Origin: Gracilinanus agilis
Taxonomy: Eukaryota
Length of the DNA stretch: 64,000 nucleotides
Reading direction: 5' to 3'
Assembly (NCBI RefSeq): GCF_016433145.1
Contig: NC_058133.1
Coordinates: 192,870,374 to 192,934,373 of the forward strand
The translations under genes were made by a program, and so were the position numbers. Below the pieces are notes generated by a model. It was not told the origin of the DNA, searched no databases, and saw only the letters and a list, made by a program, of their open reading frames with translations. Shown here in pieces: positions 35,662 through 47,101 of this stretch (the stretch's first letter is position 1; every line of letters begins with the position of its first letter).

Positions 35662-38600
35662 TTTTTTTTTTTGCCTATTTTATATCTTTTATTGGTATTG
35701 ATATTTAGCAGATCATTGAACAAAGTTAACCCTCAGGCTCACCTGACAAAGAATCATGTATTTGTGTGTGAATATATTTGTGGTGAACATCTTGTTTTTT
35801 AAGAGCCTTTGAGACAGCATCATTTTTTTTTCTACTAAAATTATTACATTATCTAGGCAGGTAGGTGACACAGAAGAAAACATCCTTAGCGTGAAGTCAG
35901 GAAGACCCAAGTTCCATTTTATCCTCAAGTATTTACTAGCTATGTGGCTGTGGGCAAATCATGTAATCACTGTTTGCCTCAGTTTCCTCAACTATAAAAA
36001 TAGGCATAATGATCTATAGGCATAAAGGGTCTACCTACCAGAGTTGTTGAAAGGAGTAAAGTGCTTAGCACAGTATCTGACACATAGTAAGTGCTTAATA
36101 ATACTTGTTTCCTTGCTCCCTCTATACCTTTCAGTTAATTAGTCTTATATTGAAGATATTCTGCAATAGAAAATTTATTGCAAAATCCTCCCCACTTCTT
36201 TCTCATGTTTTTATTTAGGAAGAGCAACTTGGGCTCTGGACTTACATTCCTAACTTGCTCTCAGATAAGCAAGTCCAGTTCCTATAGCATTTCTGCTACC
36301 TCTTCATTCAGGATTTCTGGAGAAAGAACCCTGAAAATCTGGGTTCAAAAACTGTTACTCATGAGCCCCCATATTCTCCGCCATATAAATCAATTATTTA
36401 ACATCGCCTTAATATCAATTAACCAATTAACATCAATTAGCCTTTATAAAGAAATATTTGCTGAGGATCAAAATACAAAAAGAAAGATTTATAATGATCA
36501 AAATACAAAATCATCTACCACTACCACCTTCATCATTCCCACCCCTGCCTTAATATTATTTCCTGGGGTTTTTTGGATGAATTTTATTTTGACCCAAAAG
36601 ATAAACCCAAACCAGTCACAATGCAAATTCCTGAAAACAACAATACAGCTTAAAAATGAATATGACCATATATACATTCTTAAACTTGTAGTTAAAATAA
36701 ATGTGTGTGCTTTTAATTTAACCTATTTGCTTTTTTCATGTAAAATTAATTGTGATTTTATCTAGTTCCATGAAGAATGAACTTCCTTGGTATTTTGACT
36801 GATAATGCATTAAATATTTAAGTTAACTTGGAAAAAAAGGTGTCTTCTTGCCAACATGGCAAGGTTAAAATCCTATATTACACTTCCTTCTAAAACTCAA
36901 TTCTTCCCTTTAAGATCGCAAATTCCAACTTAAAGTGGTTGCTACATAATTTTCTCCTTCCCATGGCAGAGTGGGTTACCTTTAGATAGAAGGCAGTGTA
37001 CTTCTGGGCTGATGAACCATTTTCTTCCTTTTTGGAGTCCCCACCACATTCATTTCTTAGTGTGCCAGGAGTCCAATGCCATCATTAGACATATGTAGAT
37101 CATTCTCAGCAATGATTTTATGGAGCTTTTCATGTTTCTCTTGGTTTTTGTGGTTGGATATTGAACTTTCCATTTAGTCCTGGTCTTTTCTGTGCAAATA
37201 CTTGGAAATCTTCTATCTTGTTGAATGCCCATACTTTCCCCTGGAAGTATATAGTCAGTTTTGATGGATAGGTGATCCTTGGTTGTAGACCCAGTTTTCT
37301 TGCCTTCTTAATATCATATTATAAGCCTTGTGGTCTTTTAGTGTAGAGGTTGCCAGGTCCTGTGTGATCCTGATTGGTGCCCCTTGATATCTGAATTGTC
37401 TCTTTCTGGCTTCTGGTAATATTTTTCTTTTACTTGGAAGCTCTTGAATTTGGCTATTATATTTCTGGGGGTTGTCTTTTCAGGGTCTAGTGTAGAGGGT
37501 GATCTATGGATCCTTTCAATGTCTATATTGCCCTCTTGTTGTAGAACTTCAGGGTAATTTTGCTGAATAATTTCTTTTAGTATGGAGTCCAAATTTCTAT
37601 TAATTTCTGCTTTTTCAGGAAGACCAATGATTCTCAAATTGTCTCTTCTAGACCTGTTTTCTTGATCTGTCAATTTCTCATTGAGATATTTCATGTTTTC
37701 TTCTATTTTATCAGTCTTTTGACTTTGCTTTATTTGTTCTTGCTGTCTTGAGAGATCATTGGCTTCTAATTGCCCAATTCTAGCCTTTAGAGACTGGCTT
37801 TCCTTTTCAATCTGGTCTATCTGGTTCTTCAAGGCTTCCAGCTGGTCATTTCTGGTCTTCAGTTTGCTTATCAATTCATTTGATTTCTGAGCCTCACTTT
37901 CCAATTGTGAAATTCTGCCTTTTAAACTGTTATTTTCTTGCCAGATCTCTTCCATCTTTCTCATACTCTCAGATTTGAACTCTTTAAGATCTTGTGACCC
38001 ATTTTCATTTTTTGGGGAAGGTTTGGATGTCTTTGTTTGTCCTCCTCTGTTTTTTGGGTTTTTTTTTTGTGCAGAAGTTATCAAGTGTTTGAGCCTTTTT
38101 CTTGGTCTTCTTGTTTATTTCTTGTTTGGCATTGATTGGCATCATTATGTTTTATCTGCCAGAAGGCTGAGTAAGGCAATCTGATTCTCTTTGTATGGAG
38201 TTAGGGAGCAGTTTTTTGCCTGAGGCTACTTTGTGAGTCTCTTAGCTTATCTGGGGGCTCTCCTGGGGTCTCTGGTCTAGCTGTTTTCAAGGTCGAGCCC
38301 CAGTGGTCCTAGCCAGCTGCCCAGAGCTTGGGACTTGGCCCACACTTTCTCCTCCACCTGAGATTTTCCCCTGAGTCTGAGCTTGCTAGGTGCTGCTGCT
38401 GCTGCCTCTCTCAGCCCCACTCCTGTGTCCAAGGTCTGAGTTTTCCAGCTACCTGGGATCTCAGATCTTGCTGCTCTTAGGGGCAAGTTCCTAGTAGTGC
38501 CAGCTAGCTGCCAAGGGGCTAGATTTTGTGCTGCTGCTCACTCTAACTCTGGAGTGCAACCTCTGCCTCTGGTACAGTGGGTGGGGTGGGGGAAGGTTGA

Positions 38601-38805
38601 TCTGCTCACATTTTGATGGGAGCTATTTTGCCCCCTTATAGCATTGAAGTGCCCAAATCCCACATACCTTCAATACTGTGCCCTATTGTGGGGTCCCTTC
38701 TTTCATCCGGATTTTGTTTTCTTGTCCTTTGGATGTACTCTATATCCATTGGTAAGGAGAGAAAGTCACCCTGCCTCTACTCTGCCACCATCTTAACCAG
38801 GAAGG
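35662..38805 (-). mobile_element. L1 5' UTR + ORF1 fused to a 1.2-kb non-L1 polyadenylated tail (HAL1-like or transduction product)
   Basis: 15-bp TSD ggaatgacagttctt / ggaatgacatttctt; ORF1 frame at 37338-38084 (RSRRDNLRIIGLPE); poly(T) at 35659-35672 with tttatt about 15 nt inside. Confidence 0.85.
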
Positions 38806-39961
38806 GGAATGACATTTCTTAATATGCATTTTATTGGATGTCAGCCTCAGATATCCACAGGAAGCTGCAAAAGTTAGACCTGTGCTTTCAGACCCAACTC
38901 CATCCCAATGGCCAGATATGATCTTTAAAGTTTTTAACAAGGATCTGGCAGAAGCTGAGGAGAAGGACCATAATGCTTGAGTCTATAATAAGGAACAGGC
39001 TCAGATGATTGCAGTTGCCATCTCTACCAACCAAAAGGGGAACTCCCTGGGAGACTGACTTGTGTTTCAAGTGTGGTAAGGGCCATTGGTCCAGAGACTG
39101 TCCACAGAAGTGAAAGCTGCCCAGGCGCTGTCCCATTTGTGGACAGGATAGACACTGGGAATGGGAGTGTCCAGGAGGTCGAGCCACAAACCAACTCCCC
39201 CATTCTCCAGTCTTCTCAGGGGACTTGCTAAGGGTGTTACCCAAATAGATAGGGTTCTTGGAGTGATGGGACCCAGGGTTTGATTCAATTCCTGCCCTCT
39301 CCATCACCATGACCCAACTCAGAGTTGTGATAGATGTGCCAGTTAAGTGTATCATCTTTCTTATAGATATAGAAGCCACTTACTCTGTCCTGCCTCAGTT
39401 TTCAGGTCCCACTAGACCCTCCATGCATCATATAATTGGGATGGAGGGGTTCCAGAAGAGCTTATTTAGAAACCCACCCACTCCCCTGCTAGTTTCAGGA
39501 GCTTCAATTCCAGCACAACTTTCCTCCTGCCCAGTCTCCTTGTTAAGAAGAGATATTATGCTAAAAATTGGGACACATTTCAGCCTTGGTGGAGGTTCCT
39601 CCAATGCCGACACCAAAAAGGTCCAGATTCTCAACAGAAGATCCAATACTCTTAGACAAGCCTTTAAGCAGACCCCACTACATTCTCACCTCTGTGTGGG
39701 AGGTCAATCCCCAAGTCTGGAACACAGGGATCCTTACAAGGGCAATCCATGCAGACCCTATGATCATTCACCTGAAATATCCTAGCAAATTTTCCGTGGA
39801 AGCAATACTGTATTAACCCAGACAAAAGGGTGGGACTGCAACCTTTGATAGACAAGTTTCTTTAGCTTGGGCTTCGGTGGGTATCTATCCACTCTCCCTG
39901 TAACACCCCTATCCTTTCTGTAAAAAAACTCTACAATATTAGATGGTTCAGGATTTGAGGG

Positions 39962-40950
39962 TGTTATAGGTGAATTTGGGAAAGGTATTAGGTTAAAGGG
40001 GATTTGGAAGGGATGTTGTCAAGGACTTGCTAGGTAGATAATATGGGTTGCAGGTAGGATGTAATAGTGAGATGCAGGATATAATATGAGGCTGAAGTCA
40101 GGGAGTATAACACTGAGGTAACAAAAATTTCCAGGGAGAGGATGAATTAATCTAAACAGGCAAAGAGGCGCAGGGCTTATAGATTAGGACTTAGACTACA
40201 GACAAACTGAAGGGAAATAGACTGATTGAAATTAACTACAGGCTTTAGTTAATTTCACAGGAAGGGGCTTGTTTTGCAGTTACACCTTCCTTCAAGATGG
40301 ATACCCCGGCTTTCCTTCAAGCCCAAAGTATGTTGGTTCTATTCCTCTTCTTCCCTTTTCTTACTAATTAACTGACAAAGTAACTAACAGGTCTGTTTTA
40401 AACACAAAAGGGGTTTATTGTCTTCTCAGGTTAAATTGTCAGGTAAAAGGAATTAAAGGAAGCCCTAACAGTTGCTTAAAGAAACCTCAAGTGGGGGAAG
40501 GGAAGCAGAGATGGAGTTTGAGCAAGGTCCTGCCCTGACTCAACTTTCAAGGTGATCTTGAAATCAAAAGGGATTATGATGATGGCTGCCTAATCTCTCT
40601 AGATAAAGTACTGCAAGAATATAGCTGAACTCTCACAGATTTGAAACTACTCCCTGATTCACTCTCTTTATTCACTCCTCACAGACATTTAGGTAAGGGA
40701 AAAGAAAGTAGGGAAATGAGGTAGAGTATGGAGATTCAAAGGGTTTATCTAAATTAACAAATCTCAAATCACTCCAAAACTAGGCTAAGTTTTCAATCTC
40801 AAGAAGGAGAAGCAGCAGCTCAGCTGGCCCTGGTTCTCTCCACGAGTTCCCAGGTCCAACTGAAACTTTCTCCCAAGATTCTAAACTCCTAACTGACATC
40901 AGAACTCAGCCAAAGCCTGCAAAACTATGTCCCCCCTTCTTTGTACTACA
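39962..40950 (-). mobile_element. Solo LTR inserted in ERV RT
   Basis: TG...CA, 4-bp TSD aggg; removal restores CAG GAT TTG AGG GCT GTT AAT = QDLRAVN. Confidence 0.9.
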
Positions 40951-41193
40951 AGGGCTGTTAATGAGACTATGATTACTATCCACCTTGTTGTCCCTAATCC
41001 CTACATGATACTAGCCCAGATCCCCAGGGGTATAGCTTGGTTTTCAACTGTAAGACATAAGGACTCTCAGTTCATTTTTTCTTTTGAGTGGGTGTTGTCG
41101 GCTGACTTCTGCCAATACACTTGGACAGTCCTCTCCCAAGGATTTAGGGACATTCCCCACATATTCAGCAATACTCTTAGCAAGGATCTAAAG

Positions 41194-41365
41194 CAGTGAT
41201 TCCCAAGGTGGGTGCTGCAGTGATCCAGGGAGGAGGTGACGGCCACAGGTACATTTATCTTTCCTATTAATTGCTATTAAAATTAAAAAAATTAATTTCC
41301 AGGGGGCTAAGTAATATTTTTTTCTGGAAAGGGGGTGGTAGGCCAAAAAAGTTTGGGAACCACTG
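41194..41365. mobile_element. 172-bp hAT-Charlie MITE inserted in ERV RT
   Basis: TIRs cagtgattcccaa ... ttgggaaccactg; perfect 8-bp TSD atctaaag. Confidence 0.9.
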
Positions 41366-41631
41366 ATCTAAAGAATTTTACACCTTAACAACAATGTGGC
41401 CATCCAATGTGTAGATGGCATCCTTTTCTGCAGCCCTGATTTTGATTCCTCATATAGAGACATTGTTAGGACACTAAACTTTCTGGGAGAAAGTGGATAC
41501 AACATCTAAGTAGGAAAGGTCCAGATTCCCCAACAGAAGATCCAATACATAAGCCAGGAACTAACCCCTTCCTCCCAGGCCCTAACCTATGAAAGAAAGA
41601 AGGCTATTTTGTCCCTCCCTGCCCTAGTGAC

Positions 41632-42502
41632 TGTTGTAATGAATTTCTGGGACAAGATGGACACCACCTTTGAGTGACAAGACCAGCAGTTGAAGACTTC
41701 GGAATGTACCCAGGTGCCGTGAGCCAGGGCAAAAGTCAGTTGGAGCCAACCCTATAAATACCTACCAGGCACAGCACAAGTTGGCTCAGTCTGGAGCAGA
41801 ACTTGGGAGGTGGGAGGTCAAGAGGGAGGGTAGGCCTGTACCTGCAACCCAACTTGCCTTACTGAGAGAGCTGGAGAGCAATTACCATCATTGTCAATAG
41901 AGCTGAGAGAGAACAGTGATACTGCCATTCAAAGATCATCATATAGCCTTCCCTAATCTTTGGCTTGGCTCCAGCCAAATCAGGCCAGAGTTAGTGAGAG
42001 GATGAAGAACCTCCAAGCTCTACCTGATCCAGCAATCTCCATAGCTTGATCATTAGCTCAGACTATTAACAATAAGGTTCCCAAATCCTCCACCCTTTCC
42101 CTTGTTTCTAACCCCATTAATTAGAATTAAAGATAGTGTTTTGTTATACATACCTTTCCTGAGTGGTGATTATATCCATAGCCCTTGGGAAGGGGGTGTC
42201 AATCACACAGTCAGATCCAACAGTGTACCAATAGCTTTTATCAATAATCATTCCAACCCCAGGTTGGGGAACTAGAGAAGTTAACCACATATACAACTTT
42301 TCAGTGGTTCCCTGTCTGGGCAATTGTTAAAAGGGGACAGCTGACAGGCTCAGGTGAGCAAACCTGTCAGGAGAGGAGAGGCATAGCCTTCCTGCCAGCA
42401 GCAACTACACCAAGGCCTGTGGGTGAGAGTGTGATTTCTCTCCCATCAAATCCAGTCCACAACCTTTCAAGCCTCATATTATTATCCCTCCTGTTTATAA
42501 CA
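41632..42502. mobile_element. Solo LTR inserted in ERV RT
   Basis: TG...CA, 4-bp TSD tgac; the RT frame resumes at TKK*LRTFLG. Confidence 0.9.
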
Positions 42503-43589
42503 TGACAAAGAAATAACTTAGGACCTTCCTAGGTATGGCTGTTTTCTGCAGGATCTGGATCCCTAACTTTGTCATAATTGTCAAGTCACTAAATGAAGCA
42601 ACTACAGGCTCTGATTCCCAGACTCTGCACTGGGGCCCTGATCAGCAGACTGCCTTCAGTACCTTAAAAGCCACGCTCACATCTACCCCAGAATTAGATG
42701 AACTCAACCTTGATAATCCTTTCTCTCTATTTGTTGATGAGAGAAGGGGACATACTTTGGGGATCCTTACTCAGATCTTGGGACCTGACCACTGCCTTGT
42801 AACCTACTTTTTTAAACATCTAGACATAGTATCTCTGGGGTGGCCTGTTTGCAAGTAGTTGCAACCATTGTCATGATGGTAGAGGAAGCTGCCAAATAGA
42901 CCTTTGGGCAGCCCCTAGAGGTTCAGGCCCCCCCCCCCCCCATCATGCCCAGGGTGTCCTTGAAACAAAAGACCACAGGTGGCTGGCCAGTGGTAGACCG
43001 ATAAAGTACCAAGCCTTGCTCCTAGACACACCTAACCTAACTTTGAAAGTGTGTCACACCTTGCCTACTGTCAGATTAACTGTTTCCTTTCCTAGGCTAA
43101 GTATGCAATGCATTTAGTTCTCCCTTCTCTTAATTGCATCATTACAGACTGATGGAATACCACAGAGGATGCAATCTGTCATCTTCCAGCTCTCCAGGAC
43201 TGTGCCCCATGGATAGAACATCTCTTTGGGACTCCCTTAAGTCCTTCCTCCTCTTGAGCACCCGGTGGTATTCCCTCATTTCCCTTTTGTTTTCACTATT
43301 GCTCTTTTTGCTATTTGGCCCTTGTCTGTTTAATTGCATTGCTATAATTGTGGCCTCTTGGCTTTCTCATTTCCAATTCCAGATGGTGGCTACTGAGTGA
43401 CAAGTATACCTTCAACCACTGGATGCTGTTGCTGTTGCCTTCCACTCCCAGAAGCCTTGTGATGATCCCTCCAAACCCCTCGCCCCCAACCAAGTAATAC
43501 AGAACCCTGCGCTCATCCTTGATTCTGCACTCCTTTTCAGCTGGAAGTAGTTCCAGAAGACTGACCTTTGCCTCTATCCTGGTTTTGGG

Positions 43590-44390
43590 CCCTGTTACTT
43601 TTTTTTTTCTCATGTAAAACACACTTTCATATTGGTCATTGTTACAAGAGCACACTTATACAAAACCCAAATTCCAAAATAAAATGTAAATACACTGATG
43701 TGAAAGATAGTATGCTTTGATCCCCATCCATCCAACTCAACAGTTTTTTCTCTCAAAGTGAATAGCATTCCTCTTTATAAGTCTAGATCATTGGACTGAT
43801 GAGAGTAGCCACGTTTTCACAGTTGGTTATTGTACAATATTGCTTTTACTGTATATGACCTTTGCCTAGTTTTCCTACTTTTGTTCTACATGAGTTCATG
43901 CAGGTCTTTCCAGCTTCTTCTGAGATCATCTTGTTCATCATTTCTTATAGCACAATAATATGCTATCACCAACATATAACACAATTTGTTCAGCTATTCT
44001 CCAATTGATGGACATCTCCTCAGTTTCCAAATCTTTGCCACCATGAAAAGAGCAACTATAAATATTTTTGTACAAGTAGTTCCTTTCCATTAAAAAAAAT
44101 TATCTTTTTGGGATACAGACCCAGTAGTGGTATTACAGGATCAAAGGATATGCACAGTTTTATAGCCCTTTGGGAATAGTTTCAAATTGTCCTCCAGAAT
44201 GGTTCGGTCAGTTCACAACTTCACCAACAATGTATTAATGTCTCAGTTTTGCCACATCTTCTCCAACATTTATTACTTTTCTTTGCTGTCATATTGGCCA
44301 ATCTAATAGGTGTACCTCGGATTTTTTAATTTGCATTTCTCTAAGAGTGATTTAGAACATTTTTTCATATTATTATTGATGGCTTTAATT
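43590..44390 (-). mobile_element. Old L1 3' end abutting the truncated ERV 3' end
   Basis: L1 3' UTR/ORF2-end phrases (ttctccaattgatggacatctcctcagtttcc...). Confidence 0.75.
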
Positions 44391-46665
44391 AGGATCAAGC
44401 CTTTCCTAAGTTTAAGGCTGGACCCCAAATACAGGGGAAGACAGGCTTTTCTACAATAAAGATAATTAGTTAAATAAGACCAATTAATTAAAAGAAAACA
44501 ATACAAGGATCTGATTTCTAATTGGATAAAAAAGTTGAGAAGGGGAGAGTGAATAGGTTTGATTCCCTGAGTTCAAGAAAGGAGGTGTTCCCTTCCTCAG
44601 ATATCTGTAAACAATCAAAGGAACATGCAAACAATAACTGATTGATCAGCACAAGACCAGTTTTTAGATAAGACATATAAGTTGCTTGAGGTGTACAATT
44701 ATGAGAAAACACATCAGTCTTATGATCTGTCTGCATTTTGGTCAGCATAATCTAGACCAGTGTTGGTGAAGTATTGGCATGCGTGCCCAGCTGGCACAGG
44801 GGAGCTGCTCTGTTCTCTATCTTCCCAGTGTCCGAGGACATTTTTGCATGCTTCACTCCTCTCTCCAGCCTCCCAAGGCAAGCAATTCCTCCCTCTGCTC
44901 TCTAGGGTAATGCAGGGGGCTAATAGGCAGCTTGAAGTTGCAGTTTGGGCACGTGAACTTGAAAACCTTCGCCAATACTGACCCACGTCTCTCTTAGCCA
45001 TCATCCTGTATACCTTTGTCTCATTTCTAAAATCTTTACCAAAGAATGGTGGTGGTGGCTGAGTGTTGCCAGGTAGATGTAGAGGTCACGTACTGGGTCA
45101 GTCAGATGTGAGTCCAATTTGGTCTTCACAGGACTTCTTGGCTTGAGAGAGTCTCTGCACTCAGGGGCGACTGTGGTGGCTCTGCCTGATTAGTGGTAGT
45201 GTGGAGGGAAGGATGGAGGTCACAGAGATCCTGCATGCCCTGGTGACCCCAGCTCAGCCCACTGGCCACACTTCCAGAGAACTGCATCAACTTGTTCTCC
45301 ATGTGCCCTGCCCCAGGCATTTCTACAGGGCTGAGAGTTTGGGTGGGGCTTGCCTGGCGGGTGCCAGCATGTGTGACATGAGTCAGACTAGGAAGGGAAA
45401 GAGCACCTGGATCAATGGCTGATGGCCAGGGAAGGAAAGGGAAGAGTCTGCTGAGGGGAGACTTAATGGGCTAGAGCAGCTTAGGGTATATGTGGGTGGA
45501 ATGTACTTCTATACATTCTTCTGTGATGTTGGAGGAGAGCTTCAGAGCTGTCAAGGAGGATCTTGGGTTCAGGCTCAAATCATGTCTGATATGATGAGGA
45601 AATAAGGAAACTCCTTTCCCTGGAGATTCTATCAGGATGCTGAGTTGCTGAAGAATAGGATGTATTCTATTGGCTTGTCCTTTAATATCTCTGATGTTTT
45701 TACACAATCAGAATATCTCCTTCAATTTTTAAAACTTTTTATTTTTAAAATTTAATTTTTTATTTTAATTTAAACTTTAAATTAAAAAAAATTTTTAAAG
45801 ACAGAAATTGTTCTTTCTGTATCTTTTACCCAACCAACCATGAAAAAAACAGAGGAGAAGGAAAACAAAGGCTTGTAAGAAATATCTATTAGTGAAGCCA
45901 AACAAATGACCACATTGTTGTTCATTTTCAGTCATGTCCAACTCTGTCTCCTTTTGGAGTTCTCTTGGCAAAGAGACTGAAGTGGTTTTTGATTTTCTTC
46001 CCAATGTCTTTTTACAGATGAGGCAACTGAGCTAAAAAGGATTAAAGTGATCACAGAGCTAATAAGAGTCTGAAGCCAAATTTGAACTCAGGAAGATGAA
46101 GCTGCCTGATTCCATACCTGGTACTCTATACACTTTACAACTTAGATACTCCTAATTCATTACATTGGGCATGTCCCAAAATAGATATGGCATTCAGGAG
46201 GTGAATAGCATGCTTCATCCTTGACTTCTCTTTAATTCTTGAGCTCCTGATATAACACATGTACTGACATATATATATATATACATATGTTTATGTGTGC
46301 ATGCACAGGCATGTATACACAATACATATATAGATGTGGAAGCCCAAGGAATTTTTGTCTCTGCATTTTAGTGGGAAAACTATTGGCCTTGGGAAGCAGG
46401 AGACCTAGATTCAAGTCCAGATTTTGTCTTTTGATAGCCTCAGGTAAAGAATTTTTTCTCTTAAAGAAAATTTTTTAAAGATTAAGTCTCCTCATCTTGC
46501 CCAATTGGGAAGTTCAGGGGCTACTTATGGGCCCAAACCCATTTCTAGTCTTCAGGGTGGCTTTGAACTGCTCTTTTTCCAATCTGAGCTGCTTGGTCCT
46601 TCTTAGGGAAAGAAATAAACACTTATATGGCACTTATTACATGTCAAGCATCCTACCAAAGGCTT

Positions 46666-46850
46666 TTTTTTTTTATAAACCCTTAACTTCTGTGTATTGG
46701 CTCCTAGGTGGAAGAGTGGTAAGCGTGGGCAATGGGGGTCAAGTGACTTGCCCAGGGCCACACAGCTGGGAAGTGTCCAAGGCCAGATTTGAACCTAGGG
46801 CCTCCCGTCTCTAGGCCTGACTCTCAATCCACTGAGCTACCCAGCTGCCC
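46666..46850 (-). mobile_element. SINE1_Mdo-like SINE, present in copy B only
   Basis: TSD cctaccaaaggcttt / cctaccaaagacttt; empty site in copy A near 16235. Confidence 0.9.
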
Positions 46851-47101
46851 CCTACCAAAGACTTTTTATCAATATTACCTCATTTGATCCTTATACCAAT
46901 CCTGGGAGATTCGTACAATTATTTCCTCCATTTTATAATTGAAGAAACTGAAACAGAGACAAAGTGATTTGCCCAGTATCACACAGCTAGGTGGTATCTG
47001 ATGCCATATTTGAACTTAGTCTTCCTGACTTTAGACCCAGTGCTCTGTTCCATAGCTACCCCTTAGGCAACCTGGTGGCCTCTAGCTTCCTAGAAAACAT
47101 T

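Larger units (their letters stand above)
32021..43580 (+). mobile_element. Decayed class I (gamma-like, ERV1) provirus: gag-pro-pol(RT)-env remnant; integrase and most of env deleted; 3' LTR missing
   Basis: gag from 33431 (GQTSLISWNSPLG; DLFCKREGKWTEIP; VHVPFSMSDLSQIE; VNYKKLKDITQGREENP; CFKCGKGHWSRDCP), protease FLIDIEATYSVL (about 39360), RT QDLRAVNE and QYTWTVLSQGFRD, LRTFLGMAVFCRIWIP, env TM LLFGPCLFNCI..FQMV (43300-43400). Confidence 0.92.

Noticed and set aside
36178-36765. 195-aa plus-strand ORF
   Set aside because: AT-rich, crosses old L1 scraps in the captured tail, and has no recognisable motif.
44720-45004. FTNTGLDYA resembling the BEL/Pao integrase motif TGxDYAGP
   Set aside because: GP is missing, spacing to a VHL-like motif is wrong, there is no zinc-finger context, and the family is not expected in mammals; probably chance.
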